Virus record (IMG/VR): IMGVR_UViG_3300043435_000309
Location: 1 to 38,236 of that record
DNA length: 38,236 nt
Strand: one strand, 5' to 3'
Origin: a virus
Lineage: Duplodnaviria; Caudoviricetes
Made by a program: the position numbers and the translations under genes. Under the pieces are notes generated by a model, which saw only the letters and a program-made list of their open reading frames with translations, was not told the origin of the DNA and did not search any database. This document shows positions 35,965 to 38,236 of this stretch, in pieces (position 1 is the stretch's first letter; each line of letters starts with the position of its first letter).

Positions 35965-36920
35965 ACACTGGAAAAAGAATAGCAAATTTTCAATCAGTTA
36001 TAAATGATAATCAAACATTAAAAAGGCTTAATCATTTAAACAAGCCAGGCTCTTTTCCTTGTGAAACTATTATGACAGACGATAAGCTGGAAAAAATACC
36101 AGGATTGAGTTTAGCAGAAAGAGGAATGGTAGCTAAATACGAGCACGATGAAATAAATTCATATGGGTATAGGGGACCAGAGTTTAAAAATGGCAATAGT
36201 GTCTTGTATTTGGGTTGCTCACAAACCTGGGGAGTGTCAATAAAGGAAGAGCATATTTTGTGGCCAAGCCTATTGAATAAAAAAACAAATTTAACATATT
36301 CTAATCTTGCAGTTCCAGGAAATTCTGTTCAGTCACAAGTTATAAAAGCTTTTCAATATTTTAAAGAGTTCGGTAATCCTGAAATAATTATCGGAATGTT
36401 CCCTTTTGCTAGATTTGAATTTCCTTACATTAGTGATAAAATTGTTTTTAAAACATTACAGCCAAGTGTATATTTATCTGAGAACCCAAATATTTATTTT
36501 GGAGATGTTCACGTTCCTTATGATTTAAATAAAGATGACAAAAAAAATACTTTTACAAAAACTCCTCATGACATGATGGAGATTTTCCCAATTGAAGTTG
36601 CACTTTATTATAATAATATATTTATTTCTATGTTAGAACAATATTGTGAATCAAATAATATAAAATTCCTATGGTCATTTTGGGAAGCAGTAGATCCAAT
36701 AGCAGATAATCTTTTAAAAGAAAAATACAAAAGCTATTTCTCCTTCCCTCTAGAAATGCACAATAATATACCCAAGGCTCTCAAAGATGAATACTTTCAG
36801 TCATTAGTAAATGAATATGAGGCAAAGGATAATTTTAGTGTGGCACCAGACGGATGTCATTTTGGCATAGGAAAGCATATTGTTATAGCGGATGAAATTT
36901 ATTATAATCTAAATATATAA
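35961..36920 (+). CDS. SGNH/GDSL-hydrolase-like protein
   Basis: NSYGYRG.EF; block I LGCSQTWG; block II NLAVPGNS; block V DGCH...H. ATGA overlap with the carbamoyltransferase. Confidence 0.65.
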   Translation: MNTGKRIANFQSVINDNQTLKRLNHLNKPGSFPCETIMTDDKLEKIPGLSLAERGMVAKYEHDEINSYGYRGPEFKNGNSVLYLGCSQTWGVSIKEEHILWPSLLNKKTNLTYSNLAVPGNSVQSQVIKAFQYFKEFGNPEIIIGMFPFARFEFPYISDKIVFKTLQPSVYLSENPNIYFGDVHVPYDLNKDDKKNTFTKTPHDMMEIFPIEVALYYNNIFISMLEQYCESNNIKFLWSFWEAVDPIADNLLKEKYKSYFSFPLEMHNNIPKALKDEYFQSLVNEYEAKDNFSVAPDGCHFGIGKHIVIADEIYYNLNI

Positions 36921-36929
36921 AATTGACTA

Positions 36930-36958
36930 TTGACTGCCTGGCAAATTAAGGTTATAAT
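36930..36958 (+). promoter_or_regulatory. Sigma-A/70 promoter driving tRNA-Arg and ahpCD
   Basis: TTGACT at 36930-36935, 17-nt spacer, TATAAT at 36953-36958. Confidence 0.8.
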
Positions 36959-36975
36959 ATAACAACAGGAAACAT

Positions 36976-37050
36976 ACCTCTGTAGCTCAGAGGAAGAGCA
37001 ACAGACTTCTAATCTGTTGGCCGCTGGTTCGATTCCAGCCAGGGGTACCA
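36976..37050 (+). tRNA. tRNA-Arg(TCT)
   Basis: Acceptor ACCTCTG/CAGGGGT, anticodon arm ACAGA-CTTCTAA-TCTGT, T arm GCTGG-TTCGATT-CCAGC, encoded CCA. Confidence 0.95.
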
Positions 37051-37081
37051 CACCAGGTATCAATTACACACAAGGAGAAAA

Positions 37082-37618
37082 ATGAAGACAGTAGGAGATA
37101 AGCTCGGTAACTTTGCAGTTACTGGAGTTAAGCCAGGGGCTTTGTCATACGATGAATCCTCTTTTGAAATAGTTACACAAGATTCTTTCCCAGGCAAATG
37201 GAAGATCATTGCATTTTACCCAAAGGACTTTACTTTCGTATGCCCAACAGAAATTGTTGCGTACGATGCCTTGGTTAATGATTTTAACGATAGAGATGCA
37301 GTTCTTATGACTGGCTCAGTAGATAATGAATTTTGCAAGATTGCTTGGAGAAATGCACACGATGATTTAAAAAAGACAAACTCATGGTCATTTGCAGATA
37401 CTGCACATCAACTAGCTAGCGATCTTGGGGTACACCATTCTTCTGGTGTAACATACCGAGCAACCTTTATTGTTGACCCAGACAATATTATTCAGCATGT
37501 AACTGTAAACAATTTAGATGTTGGTAGAAATCCAGATGAAACTCTTCGTGTACTAGATGCACTTCAAACTGGAGAACTGTGTGCATGCAATAGATCTTTG
37601 GGCGGAGAAACTCTATAA
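37082..37618 (+). CDS. ahpC: Peroxiredoxin AhpC (actinobacterial type)
   Basis: FYPKDFTFVCPTE peroxidatic motif, RATFIVDP, VGRN, and C-terminal ELCAC as in mycobacterial AhpC. SD AAGGAG. Confidence 0.96.
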   Translation: MKTVGDKLGNFAVTGVKPGALSYDESSFEIVTQDSFPGKWKIIAFYPKDFTFVCPTEIVAYDALVNDFNDRDAVLMTGSVDNEFCKIAWRNAHDDLKKTNSWSFADTAHQLASDLGVHHSSGVTYRATFIVDPDNIIQHVTVNNLDVGRNPDETLRVLDALQTGELCACNRSLGGETL

Positions 37619-38130
37619 TGAATTGGGTAGACCAGCTTAAGGACTCTCTTCCAGAGTATGCTAAAGACATCAAGTTAAACTTAGATGCAGTGATTAATAG
37701 ATCAACTATCGATCCAGAGCATGCCACATATATTTCAATAGCTGCAGCGTTTGCAACAGGAAACGCCAAGCTTCTTTCATTTATAGTTGCAAGCGCAACA
37801 GATGAGGTTGAAAAAAATGCGGCACTTACAGCTGGTTCTATCATGGCACAGAATAATGTTTGGTATCCATTTGTAGAGATGGCCGATGATGCAAACCTTA
37901 AAGGTCTACCAGCACAGTTAAGAATGAACGCTATATCTTCTCATGGCGGTACAACTAAAGGAAAATTTGAAGCATACTCATTAGCATCCTCTATTGTTGG
38001 TAAGTGCCATTTTTGCGTAAAAGCTCATTATGAAACACTAAAACAAGAAGGATACAGTATTGAGCAGTTACGTGATATAGGAAGAATTTCTTCTACAATT
38101 AATGCGCTATCTAAGATTCTTTCTGCTTAG
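37618..38130 (+). CDS. ahpD: Alkyl hydroperoxide reductase AhpD (CMD family)
   Basis: LPEYAKDIKLNL, MAQNNVWY, LRMN, FE..SLA.S..GKCHFCV.AH. TAATG-coupled to ahpC. Confidence 0.95.
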   Translation: MNWVDQLKDSLPEYAKDIKLNLDAVINRSTIDPEHATYISIAAAFATGNAKLLSFIVASATDEVEKNAALTAGSIMAQNNVWYPFVEMADDANLKGLPAQLRMNAISSHGGTTKGKFEAYSLASSIVGKCHFCVKAHYETLKQEGYSIEQLRDIGRISSTINALSKILSA

Positions 38131-38153
38131 TGATGAATTTAAATTAAAGTAAG

Positions 38154-38226
38154 GTTCCTATAGCTCAGCTGGTAGAGCAGCAGACTTTTAATCTGCGGGT
38201 CGATGGTTCGATCCCATCTGGGGACA
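38154..38226 (+). tRNA. tRNA-Lys(TTT)
   Basis: Acceptor GTTCCTA/TGGGGAC (two G-U pairs), anticodon arm GCAGA-CTTTTAA-TCTGC, T arm GATGG-TTCGATC-CCATC. No encoded CCA. Confidence 0.94.
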
Positions 38227-38236
38227 CATCCTTGAT

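Noticed and set aside
326-37844. All minus-strand ORFs and the alternate-frame + ORFs nested in long genes (e.g. 326-661, 8341-8547, 19668-20045, 24699-25043, 37488-37844)
   Set aside because: They lie within or largely overlap well-supported + strand genes and show no recognisable motifs. They are best explained as shadow ORFs.
34014-38226. tRNAs as prophage attachment sites or a host-chromosome boundary
   Set aside because: No integrase and no duplicated tRNA 3' end were seen. Strand, gene density and promoter style continue unchanged through the region.
1-38236. Alternative genetic code or stop-codon reassignment
   Set aside because: Genes are full length under code 11, all three stop codons terminate genes, and no suppressor tRNA is present.

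Overview
A 38.2-kb, AT-rich, gene-dense segment of a large tailed dsDNA phage, with all credible genes on the + strand. The likely host is an actinobacterium, inferred from a mycobacterial-type AhpC/AhpD pair, an actinobacterial-type SSB, apparently leaderless starts, and a gene order resembling large Streptomyces and freshwater actinophages. The order is: (1) tail module, 1-17074: C-terminal part of a tape measure protein, distal-tail/baseplate-like proteins, two large fibre/adhesin proteins and small coiled-coil proteins; (2) a palindrome-tiled junction, 17066-17162; (3) replication/recombination module, 17173-30363: metallophosphoesterase, HTH, DnaB, primase, phage-type SSB, DnaE, RecA, small PD-(D/E)XK nuclease, second SSB, Cas4-like exonuclease and RuvC; (4) FkbM-like methyltransferase, HTH, DUF1599/Nmad1-like protein and terminase small and large subunits; (5) an accessory region punctuated by three tRNAs (CAT, TCT, TTT), holding a micro-peptide/carbamoyltransferase/SGNH-like cassette and ahpC-ahpD. 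Seven short translationally coupled ORFs missing from the ORF track were read by hand. No integrase, lysis genes, CRISPR array, reverse transcriptase or intein was seen. All family calls come from motif recognition, not from database searches.
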